Shown: one piece after another, positions 1 through 13,765 of the stretch
Layout of the letters: each line of letters begins with the position of its first letter
How positions within the stretch are numbered: position 1 is the stretch's first letter
Assembly: GCA_030167865.1 (NCBI GenBank)
Contig: JALAGF010003145.1
Span: forward strand, 1-64,000
Direction: 5' to 3'
Length of the DNA: 64,000 nucleotides
DNA from: Craspedostauros australis
Taxonomy: Eukaryota
Position numbers and translations under genes: made by a program
Notes under the pieces: model-generated
What the model was told of the DNA's origin: nothing
Seen by the model: the letters and a program-made list of their open reading frames with translations, nothing else
Databases searched by the model: none

Positions 1-2574
1 AGCAATGAATTGTGGCGCGAAAAAAAAAACACCCCCACGCGTTCGAGAGTTGTTCCGGCACGAAGACACGCACCAGCACGAACAGCGAATGCGAAGCAAG
101 GACCCTCTTGAAAAGCAAGGGGCGATTGAGCCGAAGGGCTGTCACGGCGGAAAGGAGGCAATGTGACGTCGCGTGTATGGGAATGGGGATGTCTTGGAGC
201 AGACACGAGGGGATGGAAGGAGAGCAAAGCGGACGTCATTGGCACGTTCACATGGTGTTGGACAACGCACATCAATAAGCGCAACATCACGCCGACACGG
301 GAAAGGCGTGCTCTAGTAGTCGCATGAGTCGATGATCCGAACGAACAAAGCACGGCACAACACGCTTCAAGCGTGAATAAAGTACAAATCGACACATGTG
401 GTGTCTTTACCGCGCTTCCCATGGACGTATGCAAAGCAACAACGGTGTCACCGGCAACTCCAGAGAACGAAGATGACGACACCATTCAACTCGTGGGAGC
501 AAAAGCTCGCAGAACACCAACGACTCTTGAGTTCTCACATCCGTCATCCAAGACGGTACCCACCGCCTTCTTTTCCTTGTTTTTGGCCAGTCATCGAGAA
601 ACCGACCTTGGCAGATGTCGTGATTGGAACGAATGCCGCATCTGTCGGGATTTCCTCCTTGTGGCACACCACATCCGAACAATGGAGTACGATCTGGAGG
701 GCCCTCTACAACTACTATACTCCATTGAGACTGGCATACTCCACAAATACACACTGCGCCTGCCATGCCATAACATGCGATACCGCACACAGCGTCCTCC
801 CTCCCTCCCTTCCTGAACAGTCTTCAGACTAGTACATGGACGAGCAGCGGAGGTTTCCTTGGAAAGGAAGGCAAAACCATGTCACCCACCACCATGTGGA
901 ATGCTGATACCTTCAATGTCATAGAAACCTCATGCTGGCAAGCCGAAACGAAACTATTTGATCCACGGCATCGGCGTCTCGTATTCCGCCATCCTCGACT
1001 TCTACCTCTGATTGTACGTACCTCCTCCTCTATACCTTCCCTACCGATCACTATTCCATAAAAGGAAACCTCTGCGAGCTGTGCCGAATATCGCGCTGTG
1101 CCATGGAGTGTGAGTCCTCAACTCTCCGCTACCCTCAACCAGTACACGTAGTCTGCGTTGTGGAGTACCAATAGATCGCACTTCATCAGCGCTGCTCGTT
1201 GGTCGTGCTGAAAGAACAAGGCGGAGAATACTCGACAAGCAACAGTTGAAGGTGCTGCTCGACCCCGGCTCGCCATGGCATGCCCATGCCAATACACGAA
1301 CAGAAAACATCAGCATATGTCAAACCAGTGTCAGTACGACGCTTGTTCCACTCGAAAAAGTATCGTGGAGCTTCCTTCCTCTGCGAAATCACCATGTACT
1401 CTACTATTATACAGCCTATCGAAGTACTCTAAAGTAGTCTGCAGCAGCGTGCTTCTTCACCTTCAGCCGGAATGGTCCACGTGTTCAACAGCAGCGAATC
1501 TAGTCCAATTAGGGGCGCCTTGAACTTCATCAGCGCCGTCCATGTGGCCAAAGAGAGAAAGATCGACACAGAACGTGTTGTGCGACATCTGTTTCCGCCG
1601 ACCAGGTCATTCGTGTGGCTCGCGCACAGGATGGAGAAGTATCGATTGTTACAGCTTCGCCGCCAAGTTCAACCACCGAAAATGCTTGAGACCACGATGT
1701 CCGCCTGCGCGAGCCCATCAACGCCACATTTTCGATGCTGCCGTGGATCGCTAAGTACATTACACTATTCACCGGTTCCACATCGCGCTACCTGAAACGT
1801 TTTAACCTCTGTTATACCCCAAGACATAATCTTGGTCCTCTGCTGCCCGAATAGATAATCGCATGGGGGCTTAACATGGTCGTCCTCTCCAGAACTCAAC
1901 AAAGAACAAGGAAAGGGATGCGACAGAAGGTGACAAAACGGAACCCAAGCCCGAATCGAAAACGGAGTGAAGCAAAGAAGTTCGCTGCCAATCACGCTAA
2001 ATTCGACTCCATCAACCCGCACAGGCTCAAGACTGGGCAAAACGACAGAGGACATTGCCAGCAGCTTTCCTTCGCGGCAGCACACGCACAGGCGCACACT
2101 CGCGTGTTTTGGCCCGTTGCGCTCAGTTGCAAACAAGAATCACGTGATACGCGCGTCCAACACGGCACCGCGCGGTTGCATTGTACGGATTCATCGTCAT
2201 CATCTCTCTCTCTGACGCGGATTGCACACACCACTTTCACTCTCTGGCACCACGTTTCGCCACAATTCGTTCCTCCGCAGCAATTGCATCTCTTGACACT
2301 TTCAGCCCATAATTCATTTCTGTGGACTAATTCAAGCCACAAAGCAGACGAACCACAACGATCATTTACACCTCCACGTTGACACACCAACACAGACGCA
2401 CACAAAGCAACCGCATTCACCTTCACCTTCATCAACCACCGTCACAGGAAGCACTCCGCGTCCATCTCGCATCAAGCGTCACCTCGCGCCTCATCGCATC
2501 ACATCGCATCGCATCACATCGCATCACCACATCATATCACTTCGCAGCATCACAAAACAGAATCGGAAGGGAAG

Positions 2575-3549
2575 ATGATAGCCATTCCAACATCCAACAT
2601 TGTAGCACAGTCATCGCAACAACCGATCGACGACAGCGTCCAGTTCTTCCTCGCCTCTGCCGTCCAGCCCATGGACCGTCCGCAGCACGATCAGATCAGC
2701 ATGGCCATCCCAACCCCACCGCCCATGGCGATGCTGCTCAAGCAGCAGAGGAGGATGTCGCTGACAGCTCCGACGCACATCGACGAGTCGGACGCAGAAG
2801 ACGCCACGAGCAAGACATCATCCAGCACCGTCAGCAGCCTCAGCAGCAGAGGTAGCAGCATACGACGGAAGCCAAAGAGCAAGAAGTCGCACAGCAAGGG
2901 CCACAAGAGGGGCAAGACTCGCACCAGCAAGAGCGCTCGTTCACGCCCCGCCGGCCATGCGCCAACCAAGAAGCGCGTGCACTTCCCGGAAGACGAATCG
3001 TCCTGCTTCCAGGTTGTCGAGCTCGACGACGTCCCGCCGGCCTCCCAGATGTCCAGCGACGAAAAGCTCACCTTCTGGTGGAATCTGGATCAGGTGGAGA
3101 ACTTTCGCAAGAACGCCAGTAAGGTCTCCAAGAAGTCGCTGCCGCAGTCGCACGGGCAGGTGCTCAACGATCTCATGAAGATGTGCGAGAGAAGCGAGGA
3201 CGAGGACATCGACCTCTCCGACTTCCTCGAAGGCCAGCGGAGCCTCATCACGTGGGTCATCAAGAACTGCCGTGGCCTGGAGAAGCGCACTTCGCCCGAG
3301 CTCCGCGAAGACGCCCGCGACCGCAAGACGATGCTGGTCGACGCCATCAACGTCCTGCAGCTAACGGATGCTTTCGACGATGACACGAAGGCCGAGAAGA
3401 TCAGGTTCTGCAGCGAACGATGTTCCGTGCCATCTCGCTTCTGGGCGCGGGCGATGGGCCTCGCCGACTTCCTCTCGCGGATACATGAGGACTGCGACGA
3501 CAGCAGCAGCGTCGCCACCGGCAGCGTCTACACAGCCAGCTGCCATTAA
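2575..3549 (+). CDS. Hypothetical protein of the diatom-expanded 'VxF...WW/WY...RGLE...A..D' family
   Basis: 324-aa single-exon ORF with strong coding-like, C/G-ending codon bias. Ser/Lys-rich N-terminal half, then motifs KKRVHF, FWWN, CRGLEKR and SRFWARAMGLAD. Confidence 0.7.
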   Translation: MIAIPTSNIVAQSSQQPIDDSVQFFLASAVQPMDRPQHDQISMAIPTPPPMAMLLKQQRRMSLTAPTHIDESDAEDATSKTSSSTVSSLSSRGSSIRRKPKSKKSHSKGHKRGKTRTSKSARSRPAGHAPTKKRVHFPEDESSCFQVVELDDVPPASQMSSDEKLTFWWNLDQVENFRKNASKVSKKSLPQSHGQVLNDLMKMCERSEDEDIDLSDFLEGQRSLITWVIKNCRGLEKRTSPELREDARDRKTMLVDAINVLQLTDAFDDDTKAEKIRFCSERCSVPSRFWARAMGLADFLSRIHEDCDDSSSVATGSVYTASCH

Positions 3550-6500
3550 GCACAGGCCTGCTGCTCACGCGCATGGGATGCGAGCACTCACGGACAGATC
3601 GATGAACGCAAGCTGGGACGAGCAAGTGCAAAGCGAACGAGCAAAGAATCAAATCAACAAACGAGGACGCCACGATGCCTTGGTACCAAGTGTACCATAC
3701 AAGGCCGGCAGCAGAGACACCATCAGACTCATGTGGTGACCACAGCTCTACCCGCCACGTCCCACCAGCCTCTTCTGTACCCCTGGCCGTTGCCTTCTCA
3801 TGCAGAAGCAATTCTCCCCATCAATGTATCCCCCGCATACGTGCACGGAAGACATCGATGGTGTGTGGCCCGAGAGCAGAAGTGATATGATCTTTCGTTG
3901 ATCTTGGTCATGTCCGACCCAGCGTCGGACTCGTTACGCACCACCAACATCCCTATTCGTAGTCGCAACCACCCATTCAAGCTGTACCTTCAATTGTAAA
4001 TAAATGTATATCAATCAATCAATCAATTCATCAACTGAACACTCTCCAGAGAGTCATTGCATGTGAAGGCAAGATCAGGAGGCCTTGGGGAGATGAAGAA
4101 CAGATTGCCAAATCCAGCTTGCATGGCGCTGTGGCTATTATGCTCTGCTCTAATTCGCACCTCTCACTGGCGTGCGTCGACATCCGATGAAGGTTCCATC
4201 TCCCGGTCGGTGGAAGCGCCGACAGCGACAGGGAAGAAGACAAAGGCTATAAACACGGCGACTTCTACCAGTAGCGAACGAGCTATGGTCTCCGTGGTGT
4301 CATCCCAGAGTCCCGTTGCAGAGGGGAAGCCTCCCCCCATGTCCAGGGGTTGACCATACATATCTTCAAGACTCTTGGTGGGAGAAACAAGATCATGCCA
4401 GTCTTCGTATTCGCACGCGTGCGCGGATGAGCAGAGACACTATGCGGATGGCCATCGCATGGCACGAGTAGAACACGAGAATGAAATGGCGTGGCTTCGG
4501 TCCAATCGCAAACGAGATCCGCACCCATCCGCACCACGAGGAACCACACTCCGTGGGACAATCGGATAGAGTAGAGATGTAGTGCAGAAAGAGCTGACAA
4601 ATTGGATCTGATCAACTCGATGCCAAAGCGCAAGAGCAGGAGCAATATCGAGAGCACCTCCAAGACCCTTCACTCGCATGGGTTCTGCTGGGATCGGCTT
4701 GGAAGTAATACAATAGCATCGATTATTCGTCTGGTGTTCGGGCAGACATACTACAGATTACCTGCGTTGCTCTCCTGAGGTAGCCCGCCTGCCTTCGATC
4801 GACTCGTACAAAAGTTGGAGTACGTACGTGTACCCATCACCAGATGGGATCGACGCAATGGAGTGAATCGAGTGATTGGGCAAATGCACTGGGAGGCTCC
4901 ACGACTACTCTGCACTTGACGAAGACACGTGGAGCAGAACATGTCTCCATTCGGATGATGAGTACTCAGTAAGGTGATCCCCTCCTTGATGTTTGCCACA
5001 AGGCCGTCAGCGATCTCGACTTGTTTGCCACGCAGGTGCGCTTTTGGGTTCCACCCTACCGTGTCAATCACTTGCGAGCTACGCTTCTGGGAGGTAGACA
5101 GCCCAGAGGAGTACTCTACCTATGTCGCATACGTGCGCATTCTACTCGGATTCACTCTGCAGATCCTGCGTCGTGTACGAGGCAACGAGCTAGAATGTGC
5201 CATGGGATTTTGGCGACGAGTTTCCCATTGTGCCTCCGGCCACCATGGGACGTGCCCATGCTACTGCAAACCGTATGGTTTCATCCAGTGCATGGCACTC
5301 GATGAGGACGAGGGGAATGGCAACTTCCCTCAACAAGCACGGCATGAAACTCGGTTGTACCGCTGCGATCTGGTATCGCCAATCACCCCATCACACAGGA
5401 AACAAAGTACCGTACTAAAAGAGGAGAAGACAGTAGGGGATGGCAGAGCAGAGTACTCAAATGTCTTCTGCTGCCAGTTTATTGGGAAGGCATCGCCATA
5501 CTTCTGCTTTCCAAGGGAGGGAGGTAACATGGGACAGAAATGTAACTGCACAGAGGAATACTCGCAAAGATGTTCGAACATGCGATTCCCTTTCGCTCTC
5601 TTGGCTTTTTGATGCAATGCCCATGACAAAGTATGTGCATAGAGCATAGCTGCTACCGCCTTCATCTACCCAGAAGGAGAGAGAGAGAGAGAGAGATAGA
5701 CAGAATGGAGAGAGGCTACTGGTGGGCAGCCGTCCCTCTGTTCTATGTACCCGATACTATCACCAACAACCAAGCCCCCTCTTTCTGACCATCGGATTGT
5801 GTGTCGATCGTAGTCGTGCACAAGGTTGTGGCTTTGGTTCCGAGAATTCGACACGCTCATCAGAATGCGCGCTGACAACTTCGCCCGGAACCGCAACCAT
5901 CAACCATCAGTCCACGAGGAAGCAATACTCGTGGAACACAAGGAACGAGTGCACGAAAGTTGGCAGGTATGGTTACAGCATGTATGCATCACGTAATAGT
6001 TCGCAACACACTGAAAACCAGAGTAACTGTGGTGGTGCTGCCGCAACCTAACCTGCACCGTTGTGGACGCGAACATTGCGAATGACCTGCAGAAGCGATG
6101 CCACTTCGCAACTTCGCAACTTCAAAGTGTGACAACACACCATCGGTGCGTTGTCACCTTCCGGAACCGGATCGAACACGACATCCATGGATCCATGATG
6201 GATGGCTCCACGCCCCAGCCGCTTGTGTCTTAATCTGTGCGTACCGAGGATGAACCCATTCGGGTGTCACGAACAAGAAAAACGATTTTGCAATCAGTTG
6301 CAATGCACGTCTAAAGCCTCACAAAACGCACAAAGGACTCTCACATGAATGAGAGGGGTGTGTGCAGAGTTGTCGCTGCCTTCGTCTCTGGTATGTTCGC
6401 AATCTCATCCAACTTCCAACATCGACCAACCAGGAGAGAGAAGTTATTCAAGATGTCTGTTTCGAGCGAGGTGACGTCGCCTGAACAGATCTTCGTTGCT

Positions 6501-7245
6501 GTCGCTATCCCAGAAAGTTTCATGTCGTGTGAGGATGACCACGGTGATGAAGAAAGTCACACAGAAAGCCACACTGCTATAATCGTCACAGTCGCCATCG
6601 CGCCATGGCACCATCATGTTGTCATTTTTCTTCCTGCGCGGCTTCCTTCCGCTTTCTTCCACACCCCGGTTTGAGGTTTGAAGATCGCGTCGCGCTTCTT
6701 TGAAGTTCGCTTTCTTGTATCTTGCACTTTCCGTTGCCGTCGAACAAGATTCTCGCGTTCGTTGATAATCGAACATATATTGACCGTTACTGATATCACG
6801 TTGGTGATCCGATGGTACATCTTTAAAAAGTACCTTTGAAGCGTTGTCGATATTTATCTATACTTGATGAATAGATTTCCATTTTCTGTTGCACGGACAG
6901 ACGAGCATGTTTCGGCAACATTCCATCTCGATCTTTCCGAGTCGTTGGCGTGTGTGTGTGACTGTGTTGGTGGCATCTGCGCTCTCTCTCTCTCTCTGTT
7001 GTTCGCTGTTCCCTTCCGCAACTCGAACTGTTGGGATCACCACAATTCCAAAGATCAAACATCGTCTGCGAAGCACAGCCGATCGCAACACAGAGCAGTC
7101 AAGTAGACTCCAATACACACGACTATACGCACAAGTATAGCATCAGCATCAGTAGCAGCAGCAGCACTCATAAGAGGGAGGAAGTGAGAGAAGGAAAGAG
7201 GGATAGCAGCCACCAGACACAAAGCAAGCAGAAGCACGAAGCACG

Positions 7246-10200
7246 ATGGCACCGAAAGATACAGAATCCGCGGTCCCTGTCGCGGCAGAGAGCGGAGAAG
7301 AGCCAAAGCAGAAGAAGGACGATGGCAAGAAGAAGACGAAGGCCGAAGAAGCCAAGGAAGATGCCCTGTCGGATGAAGACAAGGAGCTCAAGGAGCGCCT
7401 GGAGACCTGCGTCTCGACCGTTCTGAACGAGGAAAAGGAAGACAAGGTCACCACTGTCATCCGTCTCAATGCTCTGGATGTCATCGTGACCGAGCTGAGG
7501 ACCGCCACATCTTCCATGACTTCCGTGCCAAAGCCGTTGAAGTTCCTGAGGCCGCACTTTGCCTCATTGACGGAGCTGTACAAGGTCTTGGAGACCAGCA
7601 AGGAGGATGGCATCGAAGAGCTCGAATTCCGCGCCCGATTGGCCGATGTCCTCGCTGTGTTGGCCATGACCATGGGAAAGCCAGGTACGTGAGAGTGTCC
7701 ACAAATGCTGCATAGACAATGAGTATGCAGGTGTACGCACATGCACATGCACATATATGTGTAGGTTCATCTGCAACGCAATCGCATCAACAACAGCAGG
7801 TACGCACACAGTCCAACTCACATTCTCACGACATCCTTTGCTTCATCTTGCCGTCTTTGATTCTGTGCTTCTTCGGCTTGTTTCCTTCATTCACGACGAA
7901 TCGGCTGTGGCGCCTCATCACATCACATGGCAACATCACATGCATGCTACATACCCACCCTCTGTGACAATTAACGGGCGTTTCTCGTCCTTCCCAATTC
8001 CCACCTCCAATGCATGCACATTGGGGCATTTCGGTCAATGATCCAACAATCCGTGCCACCACCCATGTCTCACCTAATCAATGGATGCGCACTTGCTGGT
8101 AACAACTGCACTGCAACAACTCTGATTGGACTTGCGGTGGTATTGGCAACTCTACCCATACGATTATGAAATCACGCATCACGATGACGTCTCGCACCAT
8201 ACTCGTACACACCTAATGGCGATACACTCGTGGTCTACGTTGATTCTTGGGAAATGCCGAATCGGTCAAATGATGCAACAACCCAATGATGAACGATCGA
8301 CTGTCAAATACGTTCGAACATTGCCAATGTTTCCATACATTGCCAAATATTCCAATCATCAACAGAGGAGAGAGAAAGTTTGAAGTACAAGTTGGCCGGT
8401 GCCAAAGATTACGGCACATTGGAGACCAAGGGCGCTGCGTCAAAGAACGCTGATGACAACTTGGGGAGCTGGGGCCATGAATTCGTCCGGTCTCTCGCGG
8501 GTGAAATCGGCCAGGAGTACAACCAACGCGTCATCGATGGTGCCAATCCAGACACGGATGAGCCATTCCAAGACCTCCTGCAGATGGTCCACATCATCGT
8601 CCCATTCCATCTAACCCACAACGCCGAGGCTGAAGCAATCGACCTGCTCATCGAGGTTCAGCGACTGAAGTTCCTTCTCACATTGAAGAACATCGACGAA
8701 ACCAACTTCAGCCGCATTTGTTTGTACCTGATGAAGACGGCAAGCTACATGTCCGATCCGGATGATCTTGTGGTACGTATGAGTATGCAGAATACGAATT
8801 GCCCCTCGCCTGCACACTCGATGCTGTCGTTGTTGCTGATGTTGTTTGATGTGTTCGCAGTGTTCGATTGCGCCCACGATCCCATCTCCGCATGTGCATG
8901 TGTACATCTTTACTGCAAACCGTCTCACATCCACCTTGGCTACCATTCAATGCAACCAAATCAAATTGACCACAACAGGAAATGTACGAGACGGCCNNNN
9001 NTACGAGATCTACAAGAATCAAAACCAATACTTCGATACTCTCATCGTCGCACTTCGCATGAAACGGACGGAGGCAATCCCCGCCTTGCTGACCGAATGC
9101 GAGGATCCGCTGGTGAAGAAGCAGATGTGCCTGCTCCTTGGTCGGCACCGGATCAACTACACGGTGGAGGACGATGAAGATGAGGATGAGCTCAACGAAC
9201 TCATCGGCAACGAAAAGCTGAGCGAGCAGTTCCTGAAGGTGGCGCAGGATTTGGATGTCATGGACGCCAAAACTCCGGAGGATATCTACAAGTCCCACCT
9301 CGCCGAAACCGGAGGCTTCAGCAGACGACGCGACCCAAGCGGCGCGCAGGTGGATAGCGCCCGGGCCAATCTCGCATCCACGTTTGTCAACGCATTCGTC
9401 AACGCGGGTTTCGGCCAGGACAAGCTGATGACGCCAGACAGCGAGTGGCTGTACAAAAATAAGGACCACGGAATGATGGCGGCAGCCGCGTCGCTGGGTA
9501 CCATCCTCCTGTGGAACGTTGAAGAAGGATTGACACAGATCGACAAGTTCCTGTACAGCAATGAGGACTACGTCAAGGCCGGTGCTGCGCTGGCCGTTGG
9601 CATCGTCAGCAGCGGAGTTCGCAACGACGCAGATCCAGCGTTCGCCCTGCTGAGCGAGCACGTGGAGTCCGATGTGCACGTTATGAAGTGCGCCGCATGC
9701 ACGGGGCTAGGAATCGCGTACGCTGGAACTGGACGCGAGGATGTGCTCGAGCTGCTGACGCCGGTCGTTGAGAACGCTGAGGGTGGACCCACTGGCATGG
9801 TCGAGGTCGCGATGGCAGGTCTCGCGATGGGCATGGTCTTCGTCGGACAGTGCAACGACGAAGTCGGCGGCACCATCATCGAGCGTCTCATGGAGGCCAC
9901 CGAGGAAGAGCTGGACCATTCGCATGCCCGATACCTGTGCTTGGGTCTGGCGCTTCTTTTCCTCGGGCAGATGGAGAAGGCCGATGCCATGCTGGAGGCT
10001 CTGAAGACCATCGAGCACAAGATATCGAAGTACGCGCTCGTGATGGTGGAGACATGCGCCTACGCTGGCTCCGGAAACGTGCTGCGCGTGCAGGAGATGC
10101 TCCACCAGTGCGCAGAGCACCTCACGGAGGATGCGGAACATCAGGCTGCCGCTGTGCTCGGATTGGGCCTCATCACCATGGGAGAGGATGTGGGGTCGGA

Positions 10201-10933
10201 GATGATCCTCCGAACATTCGACCATCTGCTGCATTACTGCGAGCTGCCAATCAAGCGCGCCGTGCCGCTCGCATTGGCCGTGATGCACATATCGAAGCCC
10301 GACTTTGCGGTCATCGATCAGCTGTCGAGGCTTTCGCACGACCCAGATGCCGAGATCTCCCAAAACGCTATTATCGCTCTGGGCGTGGTGAGTGCTGGAA
10401 CGAACAACTCGAGAGTCGCCGGTCTGCTGCGGCAGCTCAGCGAGTTTTACAGCCGTGAGGCCAGCCACGTGTTCTGCGTTCGCATCGCGCAAGGTTTGCT
10501 CCACATGGGCAAGGGCCTCATGACCATCAATCCGTACCACGCAGACAGAATGCTCCTGAACGGGCCATCGCTGGGCGCTGTCCTCGTGCTGCTGCACTCC
10601 TGCTTCGATCTGAAGAACACGATACTGGACAAGAGCCACTACCTGATGTACTACCTGACATCCGCCATGAACCCAAGAATGCTCATCACTGTCAACCAGG
10701 ACATTGAGTGGCAGCCGACCACCGTCCGGGTGGGTCAAGCCGTGGAGACGGTCGGGCAGGCCGGAAAGCCGAAGCGAATCACTGGATTCCAAACGCACAC
10801 GACGCCCGTCCTGCTTTCATCAACCGATCGGGCAGAGCTGGGAACCGAAGAGGTCGTCAGCGTCTGTGGCATACTCGAGGGAGTCGTCATCGTCAAGGAC
10901 AATCCAGACTACGAACCTGAGGAGGGCAAATGA
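7246..10933 (+). CDS. RPN1: 26S proteasome regulatory subunit Rpn1/PSMD2
   Basis: Exons 7246-7684, 8366-8772 and 8979-10933 with GT..AG introns. Motifs TSSMTSVPKPLKFLRPH, ERESLKYKL, WGHEFVRSLAGEIG, HNAEAEAIDLL, KTPEDIYKSHL, NLASTFVNAFVNAGFG, GTNNSRVA and VGQAGKPKRITGFQTHTTPVLL. A 5-N gap at 8997-9001 interrupts exon 3. Confidence 0.97.
8997..9001. other. Assembly gap (5 N) within RPN1 exon 3
   Basis: Sequence reads ...ACG GCC nnnnn TAC GAG ATC... Confidence 0.99.
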
Positions 10934-11311
10934 GCAAGCGTGCAAGTAAGGAAAGTGAGCGGACTCACCTTCGGCATCAGCAAACGCACCAACATCCATA
11001 GCAACTGCGGTGAAATGGCAGAGTACTACTATAACAGAAATCATCAATCAACAATCCTGGCATATATAGTTATACACGATATTTGCTGGTACCAGTAGAG
11101 GAGAGGCGTATCGTCGAGCCCAGTCGAGAGAAGGGGGTGACGCTCCATTTGTTTTATTCTCTTTCGGCATCTTTGAGATGTTCAGTACATGCCAAACCAG
11201 TTCCTTTGTTGCCATGCGAGGTTGAGGGACCACATCCAGATACGGCTGGATGGATGGATGCAAGACATGGCACGCGCGCACACGCACGGGACGAAGCCAT
11301 CTTGGTGACCC

Positions 11312-12640
11312 TCACTGCACCTTCTTCGCTTGATCTGATGTTGTGTTTGGGCGATGGATGGTGAAGCAGGAAATGTCCAGGAGCTGGCACATCTCATGCA
11401 AGATGACGGACGTCTTCATGCAGTTGTAGGCGAAGATCGCAGACGCGTATGCCGTGATCCAAGTCTTCATCTGATCTTGCAATCCAACACCATCCTCGAT
11501 GCCGTTGGCAATGAGACCGCTCGCCAACGCCAGCACAACGAGCGGTATCAGCTGCCATCTCCATGGATTGTAGTTCTGGTGTGCGATGTGGCACAACATC
11601 ATCTCCGTCGACATGTCCACGAAAAGGACCGCGATCAGATGCATGCTCGTTCGAGGCTGATCCAACAAGACCTCCGGGGTCTGCAAACCAATCGCAACGA
11701 AGCATCCCAGGAGAGCCAGGAAGGGGAGCTGCTTCAGCATGCTGGAACCGCCATAAGTTTGGATGACATGATATGATTTGGAGCCGTATTCTTGCACGAA
11801 TGCAACCATCGCGACGCCGACAAGCAGGTCGCAGTTCCTCAGGGTGTATGATTGGAGATTCTCTGCCATTCCCTGCGGACACACGCGCAGAATAGCTTCG
11901 AACCAGTTTTGCTCTTGCCAAAACATGGGCCCGATGAGAAAGGATGTGAGGCTGAGCATGGCACCGCCGAAGAGGCCGTCACTGGGACCGTTGACGATGG
12001 GCAGGATGAGTTCGCCCGTGTAGTACTCCTCCCAAGTGGCAATGAAGAATGTGAGGTACGGACCGAAGATGATGACGGCGCTGATGACGAGATCCCAGCG
12101 GCTCTGCAAGGGATTGAGGCCCATGCCGATGATCCAATTGGCGCTGCCGAAGATGGAGTTGATGGCATCGCAGCCATGGTCGAACAGGAGTCCCATGGGG
12201 CTGCTCGAGTTCGTCTTGCGCGCCTGCTTGCCGTCCATGTTGTCGAGGGTCTGGTACACGAGCATGGCGATGCAGTTGTAGAGGAAGATCCATCGCGGCG
12301 GTTCGTCGTTGGCATCGAATTCGAGAGATGGCACGAAGTGCCAGTAGATGACGTATGCGAGGATCATGAAGACGAGACCGATCGTCGTGATGGTGTTTGG
12401 TGCCAGCCATGTCGGCGTCAGGTTGTTGACGCAGAATGTCGCGAGCGGCGACAGGACGTGGATGTAGAGCAACGACAGGTCCTGCCCTTTGTACTGGTAA
12501 TTGACTATGCTGTCCCTCGCCTCTCGTGATGACAAGTAGTAACAGTACCGAGACACGTCCACCTCATTCTGTTTGGAGCGACTTTCGCGGCTGTCATTGC
12601 CGGCACCAGCGGGAGACGGCCGATCGGCGTTTGGGCTCAT
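11312..12640 (-). CDS. CDP-choline/ethanolamine:diacylglycerol phosphotransferase (CEPT/EPT/AAPT family)
   Basis: CDP-alcohol phosphotransferase motif DNMDGKQARKTNSSSPMGLLFDHGCD, plus YQYKGQDLSLLY, WLAPNTIT and TWEEYYTGELIL, and several TM segments. Likely start is MSPNA at 12640. Confidence 0.93.
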   Translation of the reverse strand: MSPNADRPSPAGAGNDSRESRSKQNEVDVSRYCYYLSSREARDSIVNYQYKGQDLSLLYIHVLSPLATFCVNNLTPTWLAPNTITTIGLVFMILAYVIYWHFVPSLEFDANDEPPRWIFLYNCIAMLVYQTLDNMDGKQARKTNSSSPMGLLFDHGCDAINSIFGSANWIIGMGLNPLQSRWDLVISAVIIFGPYLTFFIATWEEYYTGELILPIVNGPSDGLFGGAMLSLTSFLIGPMFWQEQNWFEAILRVCPQGMAENLQSYTLRNCDLLVGVAMVAFVQEYGSKSYHVIQTYGGSSMLKQLPFLALLGCFVAIGLQTPEVLLDQPRTSMHLIAVLFVDMSTEMMLCHIAHQNYNPWRWQLIPLVVLALASGLIANGIEDGVGLQDQMKTWITAYASAIFAYNCMKTSVILHEMCQLLDISCFTIHRPNTTSDQAKKVQ

Positions 12641-12672
12641 GTTGATGGTTGATGGTTGATGGTTGATGGTTG
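12641..12672. repeat. (GTTGATG)x4.5 tandem repeat immediately upstream of the EPT start codon
   Basis: Read directly from the sequence. Confidence 0.9.
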
Positions 12673-13765
12673 CCTGTTGATGTTGGAGCAAGGCAGAATG
12701 TCTACCTCCTCGTCGGATGGATTGGATTCTAAAACGTGCGATCTACTATATGGCAGTGTGTCCGATAGTAGGTATGGCGCGATGGAAGAATCGATGCAAG
12801 CAAGATTCATAGTCGTGCCATGCATCACCATCCCATCCACAACAACCATGGGCCATGACGACGACGCATGGGGCGTTGGTGGCGGGAAGTGACAAACTTT
12901 GGCCAATCGCGGAATTGTGTTGCATCGGACAGAATCACCGTTCTGGCGAAACATATTCAATCGTGATTGAGTGTGATCGAATGGGTCATCAATATAACAT
13001 GTGCTTTGGCAACTCGATTTTATATCATCCTCGGGAGTGAAGTTTTTCCAATAGGATCAACATCCAATTTAACGTTCTGTTACCAGTAAATACGTCGCAT
13101 TCGACATTGCGATGATCGATCGAGTCGGGACCGGCGTTTCATTCGTGTATCGATCGGTTTCCTCGTGAGTTTTTTGCGCACAAAACCGTGTTTGTCCAGA
13201 ACATGCGCGCGACAAAGGCGAAAAACCAAAGACGCCAGACACACACGGAGAGAGGGTGAAGAGAGAGACCCAACGAATGATGCTCGCGAGATGCCGCCAA
13301 CGGTCTGAGTGATGGTTGTTGGATGGAGTTGTAGCTGTAGCTGTGGCTTGGGCTGTAACCGCAGCTGTACCTGTGCCTGCGACTGCAACTGCATTCTCCT
13401 CACTCTTCCTCAGGCAATTTGGCAAACGAACAAAGTCCATCAACAACCTCCTCTCCAAGATCTCTCGACCACGAGCAGCTCGTAACAAAGAGAGACGAAC
13501 AACTGAAACAAGGACCATCAAGCGGGATCTTCCAGAGAGTGCGACTATTCATAGTAGTACTCGCATCTATTCTACCTACGAACTGCTGTGACAGTGCTGT
13601 GGCAGTGCTGGTACAGAGAGGAGGAAGCTGCTGGACTCTCTCCGGAGGAACACATTGGGGGAATGCTGTGATTGCTGCGTGCTTGCATGGAACAAGGTCC
13701 TCAAGGCAACAATACCGCACATCAGCACATATAATACTATACAAGTCGTAGTCGTACAACTCATC

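Noticed and set aside
373-2400. Overlapping short ORFs as a possible transposon or pseudogene
   Set aside because: No RT, integrase or transposase motifs, terminal repeats or coding-like codon bias that I could recognise.
9707-10798. Long antisense or alternate-frame ORFs over real genes (also 23944-24927, 44903-46144, 46639-48273 and 56356-57630)
   Set aside because: Shadow ORFs expected from GC-rich codon bias on the coding strand; no domain motifs.
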